Assembly (NCBI GenBank): GCA_041649175.1
Contig: JBAZNR010000003.1
Location: 143,449-207,448, forward strand
DNA: 64,000 nt
Reading direction: 5' to 3'
Source: Candidatus Omnitrophota bacterium
Lineage (GTDB): Bacteria; Omnitrophota; Gorgyraeia; Zapsychrales; JBAZNR01
Shown here: piece by piece, positions 56,530 to 64,000 of the stretch
Layout: the number at the start of each line of letters is the position of its first letter
Numbering within the stretch: position 1 is the stretch's first letter
Position numbers and translations under genes: made by a program
Notes under the pieces: model-generated
Database searches by the model: none
Told to the model about the DNA's origin: nothing
What the model saw: only the letters and a program-made list of their open reading frames with translations

Positions 56530-57066
56530 ATGCGCACATTCGACATTATTGTTGCCGTTGATAAAAAATTTGGGATCGGCCGCGACGGAACGATCCCTTG
56601 GCAGCTTTCCGATGACTTAAAGCATTTTAAAGCGATCACAACGGCAACCAGATCTCTCGATAAAAAGAATGCTGTGATCATGGGGCGAAAGACGTGGGAA
56701 TCTTTGCCGGATAAATTTCGCCCGCTTCCCGGGCGCATCAATCTGGTTTTGACAAAGAGCAAAGGGTTTTCGCTTCCGGAAGGTGTTTTGCAAGCCGGAA
56801 GTTTTGAGGCGGCTTTAAGCCTGCTTTCAACAGAGCCATGGAAGACCAGTGTTGAGAAGGTTTTTGTTATTGGAGGAGGGCAGATTTTCGCGGAAGCTCT
56901 CAAAAGCAATCAAACGAGTACTATTTACTTAACGCAAATCCTTGAAGACTTTCACTGTGATACCTTTTTCCCTCATTTTGATAAGAATTTTAAAAAGATT
57001 TTCATTTCTCCGCATTTTTTGTCCAAATCTCTTAAGTATTTCTTTACGATTTTCTCTCGAATTTAG
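56530..57066 (+). CDS. folA: Dihydrofolate reductase
   Basis: IVAVDKKFGIGRDGTIPW, VIMGRKTWESLP, VIGGGQIF. Confidence 0.9.
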   Translation: MRTFDIIVAVDKKFGIGRDGTIPWQLSDDLKHFKAITTATRSLDKKNAVIMGRKTWESLPDKFRPLPGRINLVLTKSKGFSLPEGVLQAGSFEAALSLLSTEPWKTSVEKVFVIGGGQIFAEALKSNQTSTIYLTQILEDFHCDTFFPHFDKNFKKIFISPHFLSKSLKYFFTIFSRI

Positions 57067-57275
57067 TTATCTATAAAAATCCACGATACCACGAATTTTC
57101 TTAAGAAATAGCAGTTATTTTGTAACTACTTGGTATTTATATAGATAAAACTAAAGAAATATTATATTTTTTTGGTATTTCATTTTTTCGTCAGTTATAC
57201 TTAAAGTAACGTACTGAGAACAGCGGGAAGCATTTAGCAGGTAAGCGTTACCTTCTAGCGGGAAGGAAGGAAACA

Positions 57276-58445
57276 ATGACTGACAGAAAAAGAGTCTTGG
57301 TTGTTGATGATGAGCGCAATGTAGCCGAGATGATGTCCATGATGCTTGAAACCCGCGGCTATGAGGTCAACATTGCCGGTTCCGGGCAAGAGGCTATGGA
57401 GAAGGCCAGCACGAAGCCTGATCTCATTTTGCTTGATCTCATCCTTCCTGATATTGAAGGTTTTGAAGTTTGTCGCAGGCTCCGCGAAGAAAAATCAACC
57501 CGCAATATCCCCATCATTATGATCAGCGTCAAATACCTATTCGAAGATAAAATCGAAGGGCTTTATTTGGGAGCTGATGATTACCTGACAAAACCGTTTG
57601 ATCACGAAGAGCTCTTTGCCCGCATTGAAGCTGTTTTAAGGCGGGCTCTTATTTTTGATGAAGGATCGGATTATCGTGACTCGGTGATCTTCGAAGCAAA
57701 AAAGATCATCAAGGAGGGCTTGATCACGCCGTTCTACCAGCCGATATTTTTCCTACAGCCATTTCAGCTTTTTGGGTTTGAAGCCCTGAGCCGCCCCCCG
57801 AGCAAAAGTGTTTTAGCAAATCCCGAATTACTTTTTAAAGTAGCCCTGCGTTTTGGTTTGTATTGCGATTTAGAGTTGCTTTCCTGGAGAAAAGCTATTG
57901 AATCCCGGCCGGAAAGCGTTGCGGGGAAGAAGCTATTTTTGAACTGCAATCCCTATCTCGTTGAAAGCCCGAAATTCTTTAAGATCAAATCAATTTTTGA
58001 AGAGAACAATATTTCCGCCAAAGACACGGTTTTGGAAATCACAGAACGTTCTGCCATCCATGATTTTGATTCATTTTATGAACGCCTGCGTTTTTATCGT
58101 GATTATGGATTTAGCATTGCCATTGATGACGTTGGTTGCGGGTTTGCCAGCTTGGAATCTATTGTCCAAACAAAGCCTAATATCCTAAAGATCGACAGGC
58201 GTTTGGTGGAGAATTTGGATCAAGATGCTATCAAAAGAAGCTTGATCAAATTCGTTGTTTCTTTTTGCAAGGAGAACAATATCATTTCACTGGCGGAAGG
58301 AATTGAACGTAAATCCGACCTTGATGTTTTGATTGATCTGGGAGTTGATGCCGGGCAAGGGTATTTGCTTTGCCGCCCCATGCCGGAGATCAATATCAAT
58401 GAAATTTATAAAGATATTTATGTCCGCCTAGGGTTGTCTGTATAA
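57276..58445 (+). CDS. Response-regulator receiver fused to an EAL-domain c-di-GMP phosphodiesterase
   Basis: REC: VLVVDDE...DLILLDLILPD...DDYLTKPF. EAL: FYQPIF...FEALSRP, EITER, DDVGCG, QGYL. Confidence 0.85.
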   Translation: MTDRKRVLVVDDERNVAEMMSMMLETRGYEVNIAGSGQEAMEKASTKPDLILLDLILPDIEGFEVCRRLREEKSTRNIPIIMISVKYLFEDKIEGLYLGADDYLTKPFDHEELFARIEAVLRRALIFDEGSDYRDSVIFEAKKIIKEGLITPFYQPIFFLQPFQLFGFEALSRPPSKSVLANPELLFKVALRFGLYCDLELLSWRKAIESRPESVAGKKLFLNCNPYLVESPKFFKIKSIFEENNISAKDTVLEITERSAIHDFDSFYERLRFYRDYGFSIAIDDVGCGFASLESIVQTKPNILKIDRRLVENLDQDAIKRSLIKFVVSFCKENNIISLAEGIERKSDLDVLIDLGVDAGQGYLLCRPMPEININEIYKDIYVRLGLSV

Positions 58446-58480
58446 GCGACAGGATATAGTTAATTAAGTTTGATTTGGCA

Positions 58481-58535
58481 AAAAAGATGATTAACGCTAT
58501 AATAGGTGCGCGTTGATCATCTTTTTATTTTTTTG
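58481..58535 (+). terminator. Rho-independent terminator after the REC-EAL gene
   Basis: aaaaagatgattaacgc / gcgttgatcatcttttt (16 of 17 paired) followed by ATTTTTTT. Confidence 0.7.
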
Positions 58536-58605
58536 GATTGCATAGAGTATCTAACTTACGTGTTTTCTTTAGGATGGAGCTGTTCTTTAATTCAAACCTG
58601 ATCTC

Positions 58606-59604
58606 ATGATTTCTTTATCTTTCCTTATTATTGGTGTACTTTTAGCTTCGTCGATCTGCTCCATGGCGGAGGCGGCTATCCTTAGCTTGCCTTTGGTGCG
58701 CGCGAGAATTCTTTCCGAAGAAAAGCGTAGAAATTCCAAAACAGTCCTCTATTTAAAAGAACATATCAATACAGTTGTTGCCTCGATTGTTGTTGTCAAT
58801 AACGCGATCAATATTATTGGCGCGTTTTTCATCGGGCAAAAGGTGAGTGAGTTATTTGGCAATGAGTGGCTTGGGCTTGCTTCTGCTGTCATGACGCTGG
58901 GGATCATTGTTTTTGGGGAAGTTATCCCTAAGACGATCGGAGAACGGTACAAAGCGCCGGTTTCTTTATTATTTGCTAGGCCTTTGTGGCTTTTAGTCTG
59001 GATATTGGGTCCGTTTGTTAAATTTCTCGTGCGACTAGCCGGTCCGGTCGTTAAGGGGAGCCGATTACCGAAGGTCACTGAAGAGGAAATCAAGCATATG
59101 CTGGAGCTGGGAAGAGATTCCGGAACTGTTGAAATGGACGAAGAAGTGCTTTGCAAAAGAGTCTTCAAGCTGAATGACTTGCAGGCTTTCCAAATGATGA
59201 AACCGATCGACCAAATTTTTGCTTTACCCGGTGATAAAACCCTAAGCGAAATGAAAGAAACTATTCTCAATGCTCCTTTTAGCCGCATTGCCGTTTACGA
59301 CAAAGACCCTTTGAATATTGTTGGTATGGTTTATTTAAGCATTCTCTTAAAACATATTGCCAAGGGCGATGACCAGATCATGATCAAAGAATTTATGACC
59401 AAGCCTATCGTTGTTCATCACCTAACAAAGGCTGACGCGCTTTTAGCGAAATTTATCGCCTACAATCAACATCTTTTCATTGTGCAAAACGACGCCAAAA
59501 AAGACCTCGGCCTTTTAACCATGGAAGATGTTTTGGAAGAGCTTTTCGGCGAGATTTACGATGAAAAAGATATCAAGCATAAAGCCAGAAGGGGAATCAA
59601 ATAA
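58606..59604 (+). CDS. CNNM/CorC/HlyC-family transporter (DUF21 TM domain plus CBS pair)
   Basis: SMAEAAILSL...GEVIPKTIG (DUF21), then CBS-type repeats. Confidence 0.8.
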   Translation: MISLSFLIIGVLLASSICSMAEAAILSLPLVRARILSEEKRRNSKTVLYLKEHINTVVASIVVVNNAINIIGAFFIGQKVSELFGNEWLGLASAVMTLGIIVFGEVIPKTIGERYKAPVSLLFARPLWLLVWILGPFVKFLVRLAGPVVKGSRLPKVTEEEIKHMLELGRDSGTVEMDEEVLCKRVFKLNDLQAFQMMKPIDQIFALPGDKTLSEMKETILNAPFSRIAVYDKDPLNIVGMVYLSILLKHIAKGDDQIMIKEFMTKPIVVHHLTKADALLAKFIAYNQHLFIVQNDAKKDLGLLTMEDVLEELFGEIYDEKDIKHKARRGIK

Positions 59605-59631
59605 GCGCTGTCAGTTGCGGCTAAACCGGTC

Positions 59632-60552
59632 TTGCCTATGTCGTTTTTATCTCAATTCGTTACGATCTATTTTGCGTATCTTCAGGAATTATGGCTGGCC
59701 CTTTTTCTTGGGTTTTTCTTGAGCGGGCTTTGCTATGAGTTTATTCCTACAAAGATGGTTGAACGCTATTTAGGAAGAAAGGGCTTGGTTCCAATTCTTT
59801 CTTCATCGATCTTGGGGGCGGTGCTGCCGATCTGTTGTTTCGGATCTCTGCCGGTGGCGGTAACGTTAAAAAGGAAAGGCGCTAAGCTGGGCCCTGTTTT
59901 AGCATTTTTGATCACGACTCCCGCTACTTCTGTTCCGGCGCTGATCATAAGCTGGAAACTACTAGGCCCGATATTTACGGTCTATATTTTTTGCGCTGTT
60001 ATTGTTATGGGGTTTGTGATGGGACTTGTCGGAAATATGCTAAGATTCAACGCGAGCGCTACAGAATTACTGCAGGCTGATCCTTGCTGCGCAAATGATC
60101 TCAAGAAAGAACCGCTTAAAACGGTTAAGAAAAAAATACGCGACGCCCTAACTTATGGATTTATCACATTGCCTCAGGCGATCGGGCTTTCCTTGTTGCT
60201 TGGAATTGCCGTAGCGAGCTTAATCGCGATGATCCCCCAGGCTCAACAGCTTCTCCATCAATATTTGACTGGGATCCAAGGCTATTGCATCAGCCTAGCG
60301 GCGGGATTTTTGACTTATGCCTGCTCGACGGGAAGCGTTCCTTTGGCTGATGCTTTACTGAAGAGCGGTGTTACGCCCGGATCGGTCATGATTTACTTGA
60401 TCGCCGGGCCCATTACCAGCTACGGAATGATTTTTACGGTTAAAAAAGAATTTGGACTTAAAGTTTTAAGCGTGTATGTTCTAGGAATTTTACTCCTCTC
60501 TTTGTCGGCCGGTATGGGATATAATTTTTTGGTGACCGGAGATTTATTTTAA
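59632..60552 (+). CDS. Predicted permease (DUF318/ArsP-like family)
   Basis: PICCFGSLPVAVTLKRKGAKLGPVLAFLITTPATS and a second Cys-containing repeat, as in DUF318 permeases. Confidence 0.55.
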   Translation: MPMSFLSQFVTIYFAYLQELWLALFLGFFLSGLCYEFIPTKMVERYLGRKGLVPILSSSILGAVLPICCFGSLPVAVTLKRKGAKLGPVLAFLITTPATSVPALIISWKLLGPIFTVYIFCAVIVMGFVMGLVGNMLRFNASATELLQADPCCANDLKKEPLKTVKKKIRDALTYGFITLPQAIGLSLLLGIAVASLIAMIPQAQQLLHQYLTGIQGYCISLAAGFLTYACSTGSVPLADALLKSGVTPGSVMIYLIAGPITSYGMIFTVKKEFGLKVLSVYVLGILLLSLSAGMGYNFLVTGDLF

Positions 60553-60611
60553 TGGTTAAATGGTTGTTAGCCTGAAGGGGCTGTGCTAAAATCGTTCAGC
60601 GTTTTAAAAAA

Positions 60612-61163
60612 ATGAAAAAAACATACCTCTTTTTTCTTCTGTCTGTTCTGTGTTTTGCTTCGGGTTGCCTTTTTTCACATCCCAAAGAATCTCCCATGAT
60701 AATTGAAGATGCCATCGGGCAAGGCAAAGTGTTTGATGTGAGCCATCTTAAAAGCGGAGGCAATCTTTTTATCGCTCCTTTTAAGGCCGGTGCGGGGGTT
60801 GAGGCGACGAAGCAGCTAAATCATGTTGTGCTTTTGGCAGTAAAAGAGATCGTTGAAACGCTTCAAGAAGCAAAAACGTCGCTCAACATTGTTTTTGAAG
60901 ACAATGAAGAAAAAGCGGATTTTGTTTTGAAAGGGCACGTCGTTTCTTTTAAAGAGCCTCAAGGGATTTTGAACAGGTGGGGCTTACGAAAAAAAGAGTT
61001 GAGTTTTGGCATTGATTGTCAAATGACGGATGTAGCCAGCGGCGAGGTTATTCTTCGCTTCTCTCATCTTGAAACGACCCGGGAAAAAAATGAAGGTTTT
61101 GAATCGGTGGCGCGTAAAATAGGCCGGGAAATTGGAACGTTTATTCTTGATCAGCTGCAATAG
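60612..61163 (+). CDS. Hypothetical lipoprotein
   Basis: Signal peptide with the lipobox LCFASGC. Confidence 0.5.
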   Translation: MKKTYLFFLLSVLCFASGCLFSHPKESPMIIEDAIGQGKVFDVSHLKSGGNLFIAPFKAGAGVEATKQLNHVVLLAVKEIVETLQEAKTSLNIVFEDNEEKADFVLKGHVVSFKEPQGILNRWGLRKKELSFGIDCQMTDVASGEVILRFSHLETTREKNEGFESVARKIGREIGTFILDQLQ

Positions 61164-61192
61164 TTTAAAGTAGAAAAAAGAGCGAGGAAATC

Positions 61193-62164
61193 GTGATAGT
61201 CTTAACGGGTGCGGCAGGATTTATCGGAAGCTGTATTTTGAGCGTGTTAAACGCTTCCGGAAAAAAAGATATCGTGATCGTTGACGAGCTTGCGGGGGAT
61301 GCCGATCCAAAGAAAAAAAACCTAGCAGGAAAAGAATTTACTGATTTTTTTGACAAAAAAGACTTTATTAAACTTATCAGGGATGATAAGGTAAAAGGGA
61401 ATATTGATTGCGTGATCCATATGGGCGCGTGCAGCTCAACGACTTTGCAGGACGCCCAGTATTTTGAGGAGAATAACTTTCTCTACTCGCGCGATTTGGC
61501 AAAATGGTGCTTAAAAAGAAAGGTCCGCTTGATCTACGCGAGCTCGGCGGCAACTTACGGAGATGGCTCTGGCGGCTATAACGATGCGGATGAGTCAACG
61601 CGCCGATGCCGGCCCTTAAATCTTTACGGCGAATCAAAGCAGAAATTTGATCTTTGGGTTTTAGACAACGGCGTGATCGATAAGGTTGTCGGCCTTAAGT
61701 TTTTCAATGTTTTCGGGCCCAACGAATATCACAAAGGCGATATGCAAAGTGTTGTTGCTAAGGCCTATACGCGCGTTGCCAGCGAAGGAACAATGTCGCT
61801 GTTCAAGTCGTATAAAAAAGAATATGCGCACGGTGAACAAAAACGTGATTTCATTTACATCAAAGATGCTGTTGATATTGTGATGTATTTTCTGAATAAT
61901 TCGACATTGCACGGTATTTATAATGTCGGAACGGGGAAAGCCCGAACATGGAACGATCTAGCCGGTGCATTGTTTTCATCCGTCGGGAAAAAACCCAATA
62001 TCGAATATGTTGATATGCCGCCAGGGCTGGAACAAAGGTATCAGTATTTTACTCAAGCGGATATGGAAAAGCTGCGAAAAACAGGCTATAAAAAAGCCAT
62101 GATGACACTAGAGGATTCCATTAAAGATTACGGGAAATATTTAAGTCAACATGCGTACCTTTAA
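61193..62164 (+). CDS. hldD: ADP-L-glycero-D-manno-heptose 6-epimerase (GTG start)
   Basis: IVLTGAAGFIGS, then YASSAATYG and the HldD-typical C-terminus. RBS GAGGA before GTG. Confidence 0.8.
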   Translation: MIVLTGAAGFIGSCILSVLNASGKKDIVIVDELAGDADPKKKNLAGKEFTDFFDKKDFIKLIRDDKVKGNIDCVIHMGACSSTTLQDAQYFEENNFLYSRDLAKWCLKRKVRLIYASSAATYGDGSGGYNDADESTRRCRPLNLYGESKQKFDLWVLDNGVIDKVVGLKFFNVFGPNEYHKGDMQSVVAKAYTRVASEGTMSLFKSYKKEYAHGEQKRDFIYIKDAVDIVMYFLNNSTLHGIYNVGTGKARTWNDLAGALFSSVGKKPNIEYVDMPPGLEQRYQYFTQADMEKLRKTGYKKAMMTLEDSIKDYGKYLSQHAYL

Positions 62165-62513
62165 GAAATTGCCCAAAGTTTTTATTTTGACGCTTTTGCT
62201 GATTGTCGCATCGGTGAGTTTCTCCTGGGCCATGACCGAAGATGAGTATGTCCATATGGCGGCGGAAAGTGTTATTATGATGCACGATGCCAAAATACAA
62301 AATCAGGATATGGTTAAGGCATCTGAAGAATTCTTATCTCATTACAGTCAGACAAAGATCCAGGAATATGCGCAGATGGCTCAGCAGATGATCCAAGATC
62401 CCAAAACAGCGAAAAGGATCGGCGAGAAAATCGCTGATGTTCTGTCACGAAAAGGCTATGATGTTGGGTCTGAGGCCGGAAGCGATATAGGAAATATCAT
62501 AAGAAAACGTTAG
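62151..62513 (+). CDS. Hypothetical secreted protein
   Basis: Signal peptide LTLLLIVASVSFSWA. No recognisable family. Confidence 0.45.
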   Translation: MRTFKKLPKVFILTLLLIVASVSFSWAMTEDEYVHMAAESVIMMHDAKIQNQDMVKASEEFLSHYSQTKIQEYAQMAQQMIQDPKTAKRIGEKIADVLSRKGYDVGSEAGSDIGNIIRKR

Positions 62514-62546
62514 TCATGCAAATAAATAAAAGGCGAGGCGGTTAAT

Positions 62547-63803
62547 ATGGTGATGATCGTACTTTCTGTTTTAGGAGTCACCCTATTTGTTATTGGAATT
62601 TCGTTAGCGCTTAAGGGTTTTTTTGCCATCCCTAATGCCAGTACGGTCGTTGCTCGCCTAGAATTTGAAACATTAAAAAGAAACTTTAATCAATTAAAAG
62701 AATCTGAAGAAAAAACGAAAGCAGAATTAAGTGCCGCAAAAACTGAATTAAAAACCACGCAAGATCATCTTCAACTGTCCCGCCAAACCGAAGAAAAAGC
62801 CTACAAAGAACTTGAAAAGCTTCGCGTGATCACCGAGGAGCTACAAAATAAATTTGATGTTCAAGCCAGTGAAACTACAGCGCTCATTGAAAATTTAAGG
62901 TCGGAACGTGACAGTCTTTTATCAGCTCAAGAAGCCGTCAAGGCGAAGGCCGGAGAACTAGAAGGCTTATTGAGCGCGGTCCAACAAAAAGCTGATGAGC
63001 AAGCCCGCGGCGCCCTTGAAGTCATTGATGAGCTGAAAAAAGAGGGCGAAGTTTTAAAGAAAAACGAAGAAAGTTATCAAACACAGATAACTCAGTTGCA
63101 AAATGCTCTCAGTGATATGGAAGTGAAATTAGGGCAAAAGGAAAACGACGCGGCGGAAAACCTAAACCAGCTAAAAACTCAAAACGAATTATTGCAAAAA
63201 GAATCCGAAGGGCAATTAACTAAAATTGAAGAGCTCGGCGAAGCACTGGCGATGGCCGAGGAAAAAAGCGGAAGCAGTGTTCGGGAATTAGCGCAGTTAA
63301 ATACGCAGTTGCAAGAAGAAAATGCTTCTTTGCGTGTGCAAATAGGCGAGATCCAAGACAAGCTGAACAATCAAAATGAAGAATTTTCAACCCTTAAAGA
63401 AAAAAATGAAAATACGGCTGTTCGCGTGAAACAGTTGCTTGATGCGGCGGCGGGCATTAAAGAAGATTATGAGCGGCAAATCGACGAGCTTTTAGAGACC
63501 ATTGAAAGTTTCCGGGCTGAGAACGAGCAATTGAAGATCAAGGGCGTTGATGTTTCGGAACTACAGAAGCTCCACGAGCTCAACAATCAACTCGAAGAAA
63601 AAGAACAGCTGGCTCAGTATGAATTAGCTAAAAACCGCGCTCAGGCAGGCGGCCTGGAGAAAATTTGCGCCGATTTTAAATCAAAATTAGAGGGAATGGC
63701 GGCCCTGGAAGAAGAATTGCAAAAAACAAAGAAGCTGCTTGGCCTTTTGGAAAAAGAAAATGAAGAGCTGAAAGCGAAAAGAAATTCGTCACCGACAGTT
63801 TGA
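62547..63803 (+). CDS. Membrane-anchored long coiled-coil protein
   Basis: N-terminal TM helix, then about 380 aa of heptad-rich E/K/Q/L sequence. Confidence 0.6.
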   Translation: MVMIVLSVLGVTLFVIGISLALKGFFAIPNASTVVARLEFETLKRNFNQLKESEEKTKAELSAAKTELKTTQDHLQLSRQTEEKAYKELEKLRVITEELQNKFDVQASETTALIENLRSERDSLLSAQEAVKAKAGELEGLLSAVQQKADEQARGALEVIDELKKEGEVLKKNEESYQTQITQLQNALSDMEVKLGQKENDAAENLNQLKTQNELLQKESEGQLTKIEELGEALAMAEEKSGSSVRELAQLNTQLQEENASLRVQIGEIQDKLNNQNEEFSTLKEKNENTAVRVKQLLDAAAGIKEDYERQIDELLETIESFRAENEQLKIKGVDVSELQKLHELNNQLEEKEQLAQYELAKNRAQAGGLEKICADFKSKLEGMAALEEELQKTKKLLGLLEKENEELKAKRNSSPTV

Positions 63804-63825
63804 ACTTTTGGGATAAATCTTATTG

Positions 63826-64000
63826 ATGACAAAAAAACGATCGCCGAAGGTTAAAGTTAATTTCCAGAAAATTCTCGCCCAAGACCTCATGTCCGAAGTT
63901 GTTGTCAATGTCACCCAAGATACTTTAGTGAAAGAAGTTGCTCATCTTATGCTACGTGACCGTATCAGCGGCCTTCCGGTCGTTGACCGAAAAAAGAATA
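63826..64000 (+). CDS. CBS-domain protein (3' end outside window)
   Basis: ATG at 63826. DLMSEVVVNVTQDTLVKEVAHLMLRDRISGLPVVD matches the CBS-domain pattern. Confidence 0.55.
   Translation, partial: MTKKRSPKVKVNFQKILAQDLMSEVVVNVTQDTLVKEVAHLMLRDRISGLPVVDRKKN

Overview
This 64 kb window looks like a bacterial chromosome segment of moderate-to-low GC. Compact operons with 4-nt ATGA overlaps are frequent. About 60 of roughly 64 predicted genes lie on the + strand. An outer-membrane porin candidate ending in Phe and hldD (LPS heptose epimerase) suggest a diderm organism, possibly an uncultivated lineage.

The contents fall into five blocks:

- **Housekeeping, 1–2.6 kb and 19–23.5 kb.** PPDK 3' end, sigma-70 factor, apt, cspA, prmA, arfB, moeA and moaC.
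- **tRNA region, ~4.97–5.48 kb.** One tRNA-Arg(CCT) preceded by a GIY-YIG nuclease gene and a duplicated tRNA 5' fragment.
- **Unusual co-directional cluster, 7.8–16.6 kb.**
  - a ParA/MinD-type ATPase fused to a CBM48 glycogen-binding domain
  - a DUF4870 membrane protein
  - a K/R-tailed beta-barrel protein
  - an unannotated Flp-type pilin-like 59-aa ORF
  - a GGDEF cyclase
  - two tandem paralogous polytopic membrane proteins
  - a GH57 alpha-glucan enzyme
- **Surface-glycan biosynthesis island, ~23.5–53.5 kb, ~30 kb.**
  - sugar oxidoreductases and DegT aminotransferases
  - WbpG-type amidotransferase plus a HisF paralog, with no HisH
  - DUF354 and AsnB
  - a radical SAM enzyme and five SAM methyltransferases
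  - GT2 and GT4 glycosyltransferases
  - a flippase-like protein
  - two YfhO-like GT-C proteins (one split by an in-frame TAA) and a PMT/ArnT-like GT-C protein
  - a FemAB-like protein and TPR proteins
- **Distal genes, 53.6–64 kb.** Alpha-glucan phosphorylase, thyA-folA, a REC-EAL c-di-GMP phosphodiesterase, a CNNM/CorC transporter, hldD and a coiled-coil protein.

No rRNA, CRISPR array, transposase or integrase was recognised.

All functional calls rest on motif and family recognition by eye. No database search was run.
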